From: a virus
Strand: one strand, 5' to 3'
Length of the DNA stretch: 64,000 nucleotides
Virus record (IMG/VR): IMGVR_UViG_3300037316_000032
Location: 2,559-66,558 of that record
The notes under the pieces were generated by a model. That model made no database searches, had not been told where the DNA came from, and worked only from the letters and a program-made list of their open reading frames with translations. The translations under genes and the position numbers were made by a program. This document shows, one piece after another, positions 16,543 to 26,437 of the stretch. The first letter of the stretch is position 1. Every line of letters starts with the position of its first letter.

Positions 16543-17223
16543 ATGGCAAAAGCATTTGCATGGTCATTCTCAAAACTCAAGAATTTTGAGACTTGCCCGA
16601 AGCGGCATGAGCAGATTGACATACTCAAGAACTACCATGAGGACGAAGAACCGGGTGGTGCGCTTGAGTGGGGCAACCGAGTGCATCATGCCCTTCATGC
16701 CACGCTTGGTAAGGGCACGCCCTTGCCGTCCGAAATGAAGGATTACCAAAAATACGTGGACATGGTGGGTAAGCTGCCGGGCAAACTGTATGTGGAGCAA
16801 AAATATGCAATCACAGTGGACTTTGGCCCCACGACATACTTCGCCCCCAACGTCTGGTATCGCGGGATAGGCGACGTTGTGAAGATTGCCGGGACACGCG
16901 GCACGATCTTGGACTGGAAAACGGGTGCCATCAAGGTGGACTCTGTTCAGCTAATGCTGATGGCGCAATGCGTGTTCAGTCATTTCCCGCAGGTACAGCG
17001 TGTCCATACCGGCTACATCTGGCTCAAAGAGGACGCCACGACCGTAGAGATTTATGACCGACGCGACATGGCTACCAGTTGGGTCGGGTTGTTGGACCGC
17101 GTAGGGCAACTCGAACATGCAGCAGTGACGCAATCATACCCGGCAAAGCCGAGCGGGCTGTGCCTCAACTGGTGCCCGGTCGCAAGCTGTCAGTTCTATA
17201 AGAAGGGCGCGCGACGACGATGA
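16543..17223 (+). CDS. PD-(D/E)xK exonuclease (Cas4/RecB-like)
   Basis: WSFSKL..FETCP, WG..VH, VEQK, GIGDV, ILDWKTG, QL, C-terminal C..CP...C. Confidence 0.85.
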   Translation: MAKAFAWSFSKLKNFETCPKRHEQIDILKNYHEDEEPGGALEWGNRVHHALHATLGKGTPLPSEMKDYQKYVDMVGKLPGKLYVEQKYAITVDFGPTTYFAPNVWYRGIGDVVKIAGTRGTILDWKTGAIKVDSVQLMLMAQCVFSHFPQVQRVHTGYIWLKEDATTVEIYDRRDMATSWVGLLDRVGQLEHAAVTQSYPAKPSGLCLNWCPVASCQFYKKGARRR

Positions 17224-17305
17224 CATACACCGATAAAATGACATTGTGGGGCGTGGCCCTGTGGTCGAGCGTGGTGATATTTCTGCTGATCCTATGGTGG
17301 ACAGT

Positions 17306-17470
17306 ATGAAAGAGGCCATTTGTTTTATCATCGTCGCTGCCGCTGTGGTGTGGGTGTTTCACGCCGAGTACGCGCGCAAGCACCCCGATTTTACCGCGAC
17401 GGTAAATTGCGGGGGAAGCTATTCCACGTTTGGACGCAACGCGACCGACAACGGGCAGGACTGTAAATGA
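17306..17470 (+). CDS. small membrane protein
   Basis: N-terminal hydrophobic segment; ATGA coupling downstream; start uncertain. Confidence 0.4.
   Translation: MKEAICFIIVAAAVVWVFHAEYARKHPDFTATVNCGGSYSTFGRNATDNGQDCK
17391..17405. promoter_or_regulatory. TTACCG-N3-CGGTAA palindrome copy 8
   Basis: TTACCG CGA CGGTAA. Confidence 0.85.
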
Positions 17471-17778
17471 AAGACTTTGTTGGACCGAGGATGCCGCTGG
17501 ACATTCCGCTGTTCCTGATCATACCGCAGGAGGAACGGAACCAATCGTGGAAAGGTCGCACGGTCACAAGCCAGTTCCACAGCGAAACAGAAGATGCTTG
17601 GCGAGTTCGGGAGCAAGAACGACGCGATCTCATTGCTGCCGAGATCAAGGCCAAGAACGCGCGCGGGCTGGCTAGATTAAAGGCGCAGCACGAAGGCCAG
17701 AAGTATGACCGCAAGACACGGACTTGGGTAAGGGTCGATGAGTTAATGGAGGATGCCGATGCGTTACCTGTCGAGTGA
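17467..17778 (+). CDS. hypothetical protein
   Basis: AGGA SD; LDIPLFL motif. Confidence 0.6.
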   Translation: MKDFVGPRMPLDIPLFLIIPQEERNQSWKGRTVTSQFHSETEDAWRVREQERRDLIAAEIKAKNARGLARLKAQHEGQKYDRKTRTWVRVDELMEDADALPVE

Positions 17779-17953
17779 ACGTGGTGAGCAACAAGCAAAA
17801 CTGGCGCTAGGAATAGGAATGATTGTTTTTCCTTGTCTTGGCGCTGCCGCTTTTCTAGGTGGATGGCACGGATTTTTTCTCGCACTTGGTCTTTGTGTGG
17901 CAACGATAATGGTAATTAGCGGGATCATCGTAATCCTTCAAGCTCTGGATTGA
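17753..17953 (+). CDS. small two-TM membrane protein
   Basis: Two hydrophobic segments. Confidence 0.5.
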   Translation: MPMRYLSSERGEQQAKLALGIGMIVFPCLGAAAFLGGWHGFFLALGLCVATIMVISGIIVILQALD

Positions 17954-18210
17954 CGGAGAGAATTGTGCGTTGGCAAAGCGAGACATATCAACAGTGGGAA
18001 ACCCGCTGTTCCGAGTGGCACGAATGGTTCGCATGGCGTCCAGTGAAGGACCGCGAGAACGGTTACCGCATGTGGATGGAAAAGGTGTTGCGCAAGCTAA
18101 GCAAAAGTCCACACCGCTTATGGGACTTTAGGCCCATCACCATTCTGGAGAGTGACCTGAAATCACAGGCGACCATAGATGCGTGTATTCGGCGGGGAAC
18201 TCGCAAATGA
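17950..18210 (+). CDS. hypothetical protein
   Basis: WHEWFAWRPV motif common in small phage proteins; TTGA overlap. Confidence 0.6.
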   Translation: MTERIVRWQSETYQQWETRCSEWHEWFAWRPVKDRENGYRMWMEKVLRKLSKSPHRLWDFRPITILESDLKSQATIDACIRRGTRK

Positions 18211-18497
18211 CGCCCGAAAAAAACAAAGTGCGCTGCGCCGAGTGTGATTGGTTCGGCAAGGCCGAGCAGATCGACCGGGTAAAGGACCCCTATCCCGGCA
18301 GCGACATGGTGTGGGATATCTGTCCTCGATGCCGCAACGCCGAGTGCGTCCATGCAGTATGCGACGAGCCCGGCTGTACCCGTGAAGTAAGCTGTGGAGC
18401 GCCGTCTGAGGATGGCTATCGCTCGACCTGTAGTGAACACTCAATGTGGAGGAAAGAGCAACGTGACGCCCGAAGGCAAAGTCAAAGCGAAGGTTAA
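18207..18497 (+). CDS. Cys-rich zinc-binding protein
   Basis: CAEC, CPRC, CDEPGC, CSEH; ATGA coupling. Confidence 0.65.
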   Translation: MTPEKNKVRCAECDWFGKAEQIDRVKDPYPGSDMVWDICPRCRNAECVHAVCDEPGCTREVSCGAPSEDGYRSTCSEHSMWRKEQRDARRQSQSEG

Positions 18498-18762
18498 CGC
18501 CGCGCTTAAACCACTTATTGAGAAGGGGCTGGTATGGAAGTTCATGCCAGTCCAGTCGGGGTACGGAACCCCGGCCTTGGACTATTTGCTATGCGTTAAT
18601 GGCCGTTTCATAGTGATCGAAACTAAGGAAACGGGAAAGAAGCTGACCGGGCGCCAAACGACCACAGCCTGTGCTATGATAAATGCAGGTGCTGTTGTGT
18701 TCGTGGTCGATGGGCCAATTTCACTTGACCGAGCAATAGGAAAAATACTCAAATGTCTTTAG
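18463..18762 (+). CDS. VRR-NUC / Holliday-junction resolvase-like nuclease
   Basis: TPEGKVKAKV...G.PALDYL.C.NGRF..IETK..GKKLTGRQ; GGAGG SD before GTG. Confidence 0.8.
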   Translation: MTPEGKVKAKVNAALKPLIEKGLVWKFMPVQSGYGTPALDYLLCVNGRFIVIETKETGKKLTGRQTTTACAMINAGAVVFVVDGPISLDRAIGKILKCL

Positions 18763-19004
18763 AACACACCTTCGGGTTACAGCCCGACGCCAAGCAAAAA
18801 GTCGCCAAGATGGATGCCAAGGTGCGCAAGTTCATTAGCCGCTGTCTGGTCGAGGGCGACACGGCTGTAACCTTGGCTCCAGCACTCCTGGCGGCCGGGT
18901 GCGACATGCTGGAAACCGCAACGGGCAACCACGACAAAGCGGTACTCGCCCTCAAGGCGATGACCTTTATGTTCTCGCAGGCACATAAGACGAAGCCACA
19001 CTGA
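18753..19004 (+). CDS. hypothetical protein
   Basis: TGATG coupling to the helicase. Confidence 0.55.
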   Translation: MSLEHTFGLQPDAKQKVAKMDAKVRKFISRCLVEGDTAVTLAPALLAAGCDMLETATGNHDKAVLALKAMTFMFSQAHKTKPH

Positions 19005-20560
19005 TGCCGGTAATCGTTTCCAAAGCCACGAAACAACTCTTGGTGCCGCGCGTTACCGCGGTGGTAAATCTTTTTCCCGAGGCCGACACGCTGACTCACC
19101 AGTCGCAAGATTACCTCGTCTTGCCGCACAAGCTGCGCGAATATAAAATCCTCAAGCATCTGGGCTTCAAACTCCCCAACCCGTTCCTGACGTATTACGA
19201 TTGGAAAGGTGGCAAGCCCTTCGCCGTGCAACGCTCGACGGTTGGACTTTGCACCACCAACCCGCGCGCCTATGTGTTGAATGACATGGGCACCGGCAAG
19301 ACCAGGGCGGCGCTGTGGGCGTGGGATGCACTGAATGACGAAGGGTATGCGAAAAAACTCTTGGTCGTCGCACCCTTGTCTACTCTCAATTTCGTGTGGG
19401 CGCGGGAGTGTTTTGCGACACTTCCAAGGCGCAAGGTGGTCGTGCTACATGGCACGAAACAGCAGCGCCTAAACAAGCTGGCCGAGAACGCCGACATTTA
19501 CGTCATCAATCACGATGGGATAAAAGTGATCCACGAAGCGTTGGAAGCGCGCATGGATATCGACACGCTGATCCTCGATGAGTTAGCTGTGTATCGGAAC
19601 AACTCTGATCGCTCCAAGCTCATGCGCAAGTTCGCAGAACGCTTCCAGTGGGTCTGGGGTATGAGCGGCGAGCCGATGCCCAACTCACCTGTCGATGTGT
19701 GGTCGCAATGCAAGATCATCACTCCGTCCAGTGTGCCGAAGTACAAGCGGCAGGCCGAGGACATGCTGATGACCCGCGTAAGCCAGTTCATCCTGCGCCC
19801 TAAGCCCGATGCCGTGGACACAGCGTTTCGCTGGATGCAGCCGGCAGTTCGGTTCGCCCTCGATGATGTGGTGGAGCTACCGGATAGTATCTCGCGCACG
19901 ATCGACGTGGAGCTGAGCGCCCAGCAGAAAGAAATCTACCACAAGGTAGCGACCGAGTTCCAGGCGATGGTCAAGGACAAGTCCATCACCGCGTTGAACG
20001 CCGGGGTGGCCATGAACAAGCTCCTTCAGATCGCGGGCGGGTGGGTTTACTCTGGTTCGCCAGTTCAGACGATTAAGCTCGATAACAAGGCGCGGATTGA
20101 CACTCTTGTAGACTTGGTAAATTCTGCCGCGCGCAAGGTGTTGGTGTTCGCACCGTTCAGGCACACGATCCAAGGCATATCGGAAGTGTTCTCCGGTCTG
20201 AAAGAACCCATCGAGCATGTGGTCATACATGGGGATGTGGCCGACCGGGACCAGATATTTAATTTGTTCCAAAACACCGACAAATACAAGGTGTTACTGG
20301 CGCACCCACAGTGCTTGGCGCACGGCCTGACTCTGACAGCCGCTGACACTATCATTTGGTACTCGCCAACGGCGTCTTTGGATATCTACGACCAAGCGAA
20401 CGCCCGCATCCGGCGCGTGGGGCAGCATCACAAACAACAAATTCTTCATATCCAATCAACTCCTGTTGAACGGAAGATTTACTCTTTACTTCGGACCAAA
20501 ACTAAGATACAGGATCAACTACTGGAAATGTTTGAGAACGCAACGGAGAAGGCAACATGA
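19004..20560 (+). CDS. SNF2-like superfamily 2 helicase
   Basis: DMGTGKT, VVAP, ILDELA, MSGEP, HGLTLTAA, QANARIRRVGQ. Confidence 0.92.
   Translation: MPVIVSKATKQLLVPRVTAVVNLFPEADTLTHQSQDYLVLPHKLREYKILKHLGFKLPNPFLTYYDWKGGKPFAVQRSTVGLCTTNPRAYVLNDMGTGKTRAALWAWDALNDEGYAKKLLVVAPLSTLNFVWARECFATLPRRKVVVLHGTKQQRLNKLAENADIYVINHDGIKVIHEALEARMDIDTLILDELAVYRNNSDRSKLMRKFAERFQWVWGMSGEPMPNSPVDVWSQCKIITPSSVPKYKRQAEDMLMTRVSQFILRPKPDAVDTAFRWMQPAVRFALDDVVELPDSISRTIDVELSAQQKEIYHKVATEFQAMVKDKSITALNAGVAMNKLLQIAGGWVYSGSPVQTIKLDNKARIDTLVDLVNSAARKVLVFAPFRHTIQGISEVFSGLKEPIEHVVIHGDVADRDQIFNLFQNTDKYKVLLAHPQCLAHGLTLTAADTIIWYSPTASLDIYDQANARIRRVGQHHKQQILHIQSTPVERKIYSLLRTKTKIQDQLLEMFENATEKAT
19053..19067. promoter_or_regulatory. 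TTACCG-N3-CGGTAA palindrome, 1-mismatch copy
   Basis: TTACCG CGG TGGTAA near the helicase 5' end. Confidence 0.55.
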
Positions 20561-20766
20561 CAATCCCCAAACAGACAAAAGCGCGCATGGCAGCGTACAA
20601 AAAGAAAGCCATGTGGTCCCCGCCCGCATGTACCTACTGTGGCACAAAATTCGGTGGCCGCGACCTCGGGTCACATGTAGACAACGAGCATAGGTTTACC
20701 CCCCTCTGTTGCGGGTGTTATTATGATGATCCGCGTCGGCGTGCTACAAGGTGGACGATGCCGTGA
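20557..20766 (+). CDS. small HNH/zinc-finger-like protein
   Basis: CTYCG...HVD...LCCGC. Confidence 0.45.
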   Translation: MTIPKQTKARMAAYKKKAMWSPPACTYCGTKFGGRDLGSHVDNEHRFTPLCCGCYYDDPRRRATRWTMP

Positions 20767-21209
20767 GGCGAAGTTACGCAGGAATAGGAAACCCGAAGTT
20801 TCGCCACGGCGAAACTGGTTCGCGGCGATGGCGCGCGTGGGTAGATATGCGCCTACGTTGTACCAACAAGAACCGAAAAGATTTTAATAATTATGGTGGC
20901 CGCGGTATTTGTGTCTGCAAGCGGTGGGAGGACTACGATGCCTTTGCGGTTGACATGGGGCCGCACCCAGGCAAGGGGTGGACACTTGACCGGCGAAACA
21001 CCAACGGCCACTACTGCAAATCGAATTGCCGGTGGGCTACTCGCACGACCCAGAATAGGAACCAGCGACGTACAAAATTTACTGCCTTGGTAGTCGGAGA
21101 AATCCGTAGCCGGTATGCGGCTGGAGAAACACAAGTCGCCCTTGCTAAAGAGTTCAAAACGTGGCAGGGGTATATCTCTAACTTGATCAGTCGGAGGGTA
21201 TGGAAATGA
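20751..21209 (+). CDS. HNH homing endonuclease with C-terminal HTH
   Basis: HGET...MRLRC...NYGGRGI.VC.RW..F..DMG...TLDR.N.NG.Y...NCRWAT...QNRN. Confidence 0.85.
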   Translation: MDDAVRRSYAGIGNPKFRHGETGSRRWRAWVDMRLRCTNKNRKDFNNYGGRGICVCKRWEDYDAFAVDMGPHPGKGWTLDRRNTNGHYCKSNCRWATRTTQNRNQRRTKFTALVVGEIRSRYAAGETQVALAKEFKTWQGYISNLISRRVWK

Positions 21210-21607
21210 GCGACCTTCAAACTACAATCGATAAAAGAGTGGACCAGTATATCCAGGTTCGCAACGCGCTCAAAAAGCTTGATGATGAGTTTGAGCAGAA
21301 GCGGAAACCTCTCGTTGAGGTTCAACAAATGTTGAGCGGCTGGATGCAGGCGTTCTTAACGAAGGCAAAAGCAGATAGTGTTAAGACCGCGCATGGGACT
21401 TGCTACCAGTCCACGCGATACACCGCGTCGTTGGCCGACCCCGAGGCATTTATGAATTTCGTGATCGCCAATCAGGCGTTCGATCTCATTGACCGCAAAG
21501 CTAACGCTACAGCTTGTAGGGACTATGCGACCGAACACAAGACATTGCCGCCCGGCGTAAATATGAGCGCCGTCAAGACCGTGGGTGTTCGTAGCCCACG
21601 CACCTAA
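21200..21607 (+). CDS. conserved phage replication-module protein
   Basis: Coiled coil, SVKTAHGT, ADPEAF..FV, LPPGVN pattern. Confidence 0.7.
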   Translation: MEMSDLQTTIDKRVDQYIQVRNALKKLDDEFEQKRKPLVEVQQMLSGWMQAFLTKAKADSVKTAHGTCYQSTRYTASLADPEAFMNFVIANQAFDLIDRKANATACRDYATEHKTLPPGVNMSAVKTVGVRSPRT

Positions 21608-21608
21608 A

Positions 21609-21623
21609 TTACCGTGACGGTAA
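21609..21623. promoter_or_regulatory. TTACCG-N3-CGGTAA palindrome copy 9
   Basis: ATTACCG TGA CGGTAAT, 20 nt before ATG 21644. Confidence 0.85.
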
Positions 21624-21643
21624 TCAACCCCCAGGAGAACCCG

Positions 21644-22738
21644 ATGGGAACGGAAATGGAAGTGTTCAAAAACTCTAAGCCCGCGCAGGCTTTTACCGGG
21701 GAACCGGTGGAGAGCTTGGCCGAGGGCATTGGCTCCAGTTACGGGGTCATCCACTACAAAGGGAAGGTGTGGTCGCTGCGCTACCGCGGCGAACAGTTCA
21801 CCTTTACTCGCCCCGACGATGGCACCCCGGTAGGGCACATCGACGTGATCATATTGGGAAAGGGCAAACAAAAGTCCAAATCCTACTATGAAGCATATGA
21901 CCAGAACGCCACTGGTGGGCGCCCGATCTGCGCCTCTATCGACGGGGTTGTGCCCGACGATGACGTGACCAAGCAACAGTCAGTAGCGTGTGGCATCTGC
22001 CCGCGCAACGTCTGGAAGACCAACGCCGAGGGTCGCAAGAGCCGGGAATGTTCCGACTATATGCGCCTTGCCGTCCTGCTCCTGCCGACGCAGACCAAGC
22101 TCGCTATTGGCTCTGCTCTGATGGAGCCGGTGTTCCTCCGTGTCCCGCCTGCATCGCTAAACAATCTGGCGGTGTTTGGCGAAACCATGAGCGGGCAGGG
22201 CTGGCCGATGCACTCGTTCGTGACCCGCATCCGGTTCAACCCGGACGTGGCGCACCCCGAAATGGTGTTTTCGGCGCTCCAGGCCCTGACCGATGCCGAA
22301 GGCCCTGTGATCAACCCTCTGCGCAAGGACGCGCTTACCCTGCGCATTACAGGGGGCGATCAGGCTCCCAGGGAGCAGCCGGTGGCCCTGGCAGCCTCAG
22401 CGGCCCCGCCAGCGGCTCCAGCGCCTGCGCCTGCGCCTGTTACCGCCACGGTAATCCCCCCGAAGCCTGTTGAGCCCACAACGGTAGATACGGGCCTATC
22501 CAGCCTGACGGGCAAGGATACGTTGATCAAGATCGTGGAACCCCCGCCGCCGAAGGTACAGTTGGCTGAAACGGTTCAGGTAGACCCGCCTCTGGCTGGT
22601 CCAATCCTGGATTTGACCGCCAACCCCCCGGCAGCTCCGGCTCCGCAAGCAGCCGCACAAACTGTGCAAGATACCGGTGAACCCGAGGTAAGCGATGCAG
22701 CGTTGGACGCGCGGATTTCAGGTCTTCTGAAAATCTAA
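21644..22738 (+). CDS. putative ssDNA-binding/recombination protein
   Basis: SKSYY...PICAS.DGVVP...C..CP.N.W...C; LRVPPASL; Pro/Ala-rich acidic tail; sits between helicase and primase. Confidence 0.6.
   Translation: MGTEMEVFKNSKPAQAFTGEPVESLAEGIGSSYGVIHYKGKVWSLRYRGEQFTFTRPDDGTPVGHIDVIILGKGKQKSKSYYEAYDQNATGGRPICASIDGVVPDDDVTKQQSVACGICPRNVWKTNAEGRKSRECSDYMRLAVLLLPTQTKLAIGSALMEPVFLRVPPASLNNLAVFGETMSGQGWPMHSFVTRIRFNPDVAHPEMVFSALQALTDAEGPVINPLRKDALTLRITGGDQAPREQPVALAASAAPPAAPAPAPAPVTATVIPPKPVEPTTVDTGLSSLTGKDTLIKIVEPPPPKVQLAETVQVDPPLAGPILDLTANPPAAPAPQAAAQTVQDTGEPEVSDAALDARISGLLKI
22440..22454. promoter_or_regulatory. TTACCG-N3-CGGTAA palindrome copy 10
   Basis: TTACCG CCA CGGTAA, intragenic (VTATVI). 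Confidence 0.8.
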
Positions 22739-22743
22739 GTCCA

Positions 22744-25700
22744 ATGGCTACATTAAGCGAGTTCATGTCCCGAGTTGTGGCGTGGCCGTCCGATCCAACG
22801 GGCGGCTACGTCAACTTGCATTGGAAAACCCGCAACCCAAAATATCCGGGGAAAGAGTTCTGGAGCGGCAGGCCGACGCAGACAGTGAAGGGGTTCGTTG
22901 ATATTGTTCATTGGTCAGTGGGCAGCAAAAATATCACGGATATCTATTACTGCCTGTCCACACAGAACGCGATTGGCAAGGACAGTCACGGCCGTACTAA
23001 GGTGCTAAGGTTGCAAGACAACGCCACGGCGCTCAAGGCAATCTGGCTCGACATTGATATCAAGACGCCGCCACACGGCTACGCTACAATAGGGGAGGCC
23101 CTCGATGCACTGGAAAACTTCATCCGAGCCGCCGCCCTACCTGTGCCTACTGCCCTTGTCGGTAGCGGCGGCGGTCTTCATGTGTACTGGATTAGTGATC
23201 GTCCTCTTACGGTAGCGGAATGGAGGCCATATGCGGAAGGGCTTAAAACAGTTGCTCTCCAATTCGGATTGCGTTGCGATGCCGGTGTCACTACTGACTG
23301 TGCCAGGGTGCTTCGCGTACCCGAAACATCCAACTTCAAATCAGAGCCACCCAAGCCGGTACGCCTCCTCGGCCTCCGAGCCGACGATTATGTTTTCGCA
23401 ACAGACCTTTCTGCGCTGGCTCAAGTGGCGCCGACAGCTCCAAGCCCCGTACACCCGAAAACGACGCTTGATGAAACTAAATTCCCCAAGCGCCCCATTC
23501 CTCCTGGGGGCATTGAAAGCCTTGCAGAAGGACTTGGATATGAGGATGGCCCGCCTTTAGACCCGAAGCCAATAATCAAAGGGTGCCCGTTCCTGCGCAC
23601 GGCCTTTGTCACTGGCGGCAAAGACTACACACAGCCGATGTGGAACCTCTCGACGTTGGCCGCAACATGGATGGAGAACGGACATGCGCTCGCTCATCAG
23701 TTTGGCAATAAGCATCCTGGCTACAGCGTGGACAGTACTGAGGCTCTTTGGAACCGGAAAAATAAAGAGCGCGAGGTTCGTAACCTCGGATGGCCATCAT
23801 GTACCGCTATCCAAGCTGCCGGCTGCGCTGCATGTGCTAGTTGCCCGCACCTTGCGAAACGAAAATCGCCGCTGAATTTGGCTGCGCCAGTAGTGACAAA
23901 TGTGTCACAGCCCGCGCCTGGAGTTGTCGTTCAGAAAAGCGATATCCTGCTTCCGGCTGGATACTCGCTCGACCCGAATGGGTTGATCAGCAAGATCGTT
24001 GAGGAGCCGGTAAAAGGGGGACCGCCGATCACCAAGTTGGTCCCGATATTTCACTGTAAGATCACAGCCCCGTGGCACCAGCTTGGGCCCGAGGCTTTGA
24101 ATTTCACAGTGTCCACAGATAAAGGAAACTTGAAAGCAGTATCAGTGCCGATGAAAGATATGGCCACCGCGTCCGATCTCATGCGATGGATGCTTGGTCA
24201 CTCGATTACCCCTTGCGTCAAGCACGCAACAACCGTACAGGAGTTCGCCGTGAGCTGGATATCAAAACTGCGCGACGCGCAAAAGGCTACTTCATCGCTA
24301 CCGTTTGGCTGGCTGTATGACCAGGGCAAGCGCCGTGGGTTCGTCTACGGCGGCATAATCATGAAGGACGATGGCACCGACAGCCCCTCTGGGTATGGCG
24401 ATGCCGAAATCCGCAAGCAGTACAGCCCGACCGGGCAACTGACGCCGTGGCTGGATGCGCTCAAGGTCATCCTCGATCAGAAGCGCCCCGAGCTGGAGTG
24501 CATCGTGGCGACAGCTTTCGCGGCGCCGCTGATGGTCTGCCCCGGCGAGTATAACATGCTGCTCAGCGTGTATGGAGAAACCGGCGCTAACAAATCCTCA
24601 GCTATGAACGTGGCGACGGCTGTGTGGGGGCACCCCAAGCTGGCGAAGGAAGTCACCTTGACGACTTCCCGATCAGCCGTTGGCAAGATGGGCGAGATAA
24701 GGAACCTGCCATTGTATTGGGACGAAATCAAGAACAAGAAGACCCAGGTCAAAGTTTTCGATGCCATCTTCGGCACCGAGGGCGTCGGCCCTGGTCGCAT
24801 GGCCTCTGACACATCGCAGCGTCCCAAGACTGATTGGCAAACGATGATGTGCATCTGCGCCAATATCAGCTTCATCGACTGCGTGGCCAAGGAGTTGCGG
24901 CAGTCAGCGGCGGGCATGCAGCGCGTCATGGAATACAAGATCAAGAAGCCGCCAGCCGGGGCACCAGGACAGCTACAGTCTTACGATGCCACCCGCATCA
25001 TGCAGCATCTGGAACACAACTACGGGGTCATGGGCCTCAAGTATGCCAAGATGCTCGCGTCAGACCCGGTGGCGATTGACGGCTACGTCATGCAGGTCGT
25101 GGACTCGTTCGCCAGGGAGCTTGGCATGGTTCCGGAAGAACGGTTCTGGGCGGCGGGAGCGGGCGTGATCCTGGCCGGTGCTGGTCTGGCTAACGAGCTG
25201 TTGAAAGTATCAGGCTTCGCTGGGCAGTTCGATATACCCGGTCTGCGCAAGCTGCTCAAAGCGACAGTCATCCACATGCGCACCCGCATCCTCACCGATA
25301 ACGTGGAAGGTGGCACGGAGGACAATACCGAGAGTGTGCTGACCGGGTTCCTCAAGGCGTTCACCGCCGAGACTGTCTACACGGACACCTATCCGATGGG
25401 CCAAGGCAAGCCGAAGCTGGTGACGGTCTTGGAGCCGTCGCCGTCGCTTCAGCACCCGAAGCCGATCCAGGTTCATTGGGCGGTCCAGGACAAGCTGTTG
25501 CGGATTAGCCGGGATGCTTTTACCGAGTGGTTAGGCACCAACAACATGTCCGTGGCAGACGTGATGGATGGGCTAAAAAATCATTTCAAAATGACCACCG
25601 TGAAGTCTCGGTTGGCGGCTGGGACGCTCTATCCGTGCGGGCGAGAAATGCTCATGCACATTCCAGTCCCTGACGACTCGCCACTGGCCGAGCAAATGTA

Positions 25701-25854
25701 CGCGCACGGCGGGGCGCCCGATGGGTGGACCCCGCCAGTTACCGCGGCGGTAACGCCCAAATTTGAAGGGACACCGGCGCCGCTTAGCGTGGACATGGAT
25801 AAAGCCCGCGCGCAGGCAGTGAAGGACTTAGAACTTGTCAGGAGTCAAACATGA
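22744..25854 (+). CDS. AEP/RepB-like primase fused to a DUF927 helicase-like domain
   Basis: WLDID, SGGGLHVYW, D.ARVLRVP.T.N.K, C...C..CPH Zn site; FGW, variant Walker A GETGANKS, WGHP, LPLYWDE. Confidence 0.85.
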   Translation: MATLSEFMSRVVAWPSDPTGGYVNLHWKTRNPKYPGKEFWSGRPTQTVKGFVDIVHWSVGSKNITDIYYCLSTQNAIGKDSHGRTKVLRLQDNATALKAIWLDIDIKTPPHGYATIGEALDALENFIRAAALPVPTALVGSGGGLHVYWISDRPLTVAEWRPYAEGLKTVALQFGLRCDAGVTTDCARVLRVPETSNFKSEPPKPVRLLGLRADDYVFATDLSALAQVAPTAPSPVHPKTTLDETKFPKRPIPPGGIESLAEGLGYEDGPPLDPKPIIKGCPFLRTAFVTGGKDYTQPMWNLSTLAATWMENGHALAHQFGNKHPGYSVDSTEALWNRKNKEREVRNLGWPSCTAIQAAGCAACASCPHLAKRKSPLNLAAPVVTNVSQPAPGVVVQKSDILLPAGYSLDPNGLISKIVEEPVKGGPPITKLVPIFHCKITAPWHQLGPEALNFTVSTDKGNLKAVSVPMKDMATASDLMRWMLGHSITPCVKHATTVQEFAVSWISKLRDAQKATSSLPFGWLYDQGKRRGFVYGGIIMKDDGTDSPSGYGDAEIRKQYSPTGQLTPWLDALKVILDQKRPELECIVATAFAAPLMVCPGEYNMLLSVYGETGANKSSAMNVATAVWGHPKLAKEVTLTTSRSAVGKMGEIRNLPLYWDEIKNKKTQVKVFDAIFGTEGVGPGRMASDTSQRPKTDWQTMMCICANISFIDCVAKELRQSAAGMQRVMEYKIKKPPAGAPGQLQSYDATRIMQHLEHNYGVMGLKYAKMLASDPVAIDGYVMQVVDSFARELGMVPEERFWAAGAGVILAGAGLANELLKVSGFAGQFDIPGLRKLLKATVIHMRTRILTDNVEGGTEDNTESVLTGFLKAFTAETVYTDTYPMGQGKPKLVTVLEPSPSLQHPKPIQVHWAVQDKLLRISRDAFTEWLGTNNMSVADVMDGLKNHFKMTTVKSRLAAGTLYPCGREMLMHIPVPDDSPLAEQMYAHGGAPDGWTPPVTAAVTPKFEGTPAPLSVDMDKARAQAVKDLELVRSQT
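25739..25753. promoter_or_regulatory. TTACCG-N3-CGGTAA palindrome copy 11
   Basis: GTTACCG CGG CGGTAAC, intragenic (VTAAVT). Confidence 0.8.
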
Positions 25855-25977
25855 GTCGGAAGCACCAAGGATATTCGGACTTAGCGATGGCGTTCGGGCG
25901 CGCTTGTGGGTTTATTTTAGTCGTTAGCTTCAGCGCGTTCGTTGCAATCTGGAGCATCAGTTGGATCATCAAGGCTG

Positions 25978-26424
25978 TCAAAATAATTTACGCCAGTATA
26001 TAGTGTGGCGGAACCCCCACGGCGTTTTTGGCGCGTAGATTTTATAGCCCTCGTTGATCAAGCTGTTGGCCGACGCCGGTGTGTCACTGGTGTCAGATAC
26101 GCACCCTTTCCATTTTAGTTTTCGGGCATAACGTTCACGCACCCTGATCATTCGTTGCTGGATGCCCTGGCCGCGATATTTCGGATGCACACCGGCCCGC
26201 GCAAGGTAGCCAAACCCTTTATTCAGTTTGCCCGGCAGGAGGCCAGCAAAGGCAATCGGCTTGGCGTCGTCAAAAACGAGCCACCAATAGCCGCCTTCAA
26301 ATTCTTCAGTTTTTAGACGGGGGCAAGTGTCGTCCGTAAAGCAAAGGGCGTGGAGAGCGTGCAGCTCCTCAGCCCAAAACTCATCAGTAGCGTCCACACG
26401 CTTGATGGCGAACGGCCTATACAT
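25978..26424 (-). CDS. GNAT-family acetyltransferase
   Basis: YLARAGVHPKYRGQGIQ acetyl-CoA motif; SANSLI..GYKIY; ATG 26424 after GGGGG SD. Confidence 0.85.
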   Translation of the reverse strand: MYRPFAIKRVDATDEFWAEELHALHALCFTDDTCPRLKTEEFEGGYWWLVFDDAKPIAFAGLLPGKLNKGFGYLARAGVHPKYRGQGIQQRMIRVRERYARKLKWKGCVSDTSDTPASANSLINEGYKIYAPKTPWGFRHTIYWRKLF

Positions 26425-26437
26425 AATCGCCCCCCGG

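Noticed and set aside
16543-17223. Cas4-like nuclease as a sign of a CRISPR system
   Set aside because: No repeat-spacer array or other cas genes; such exonucleases are routine in phage replication modules.
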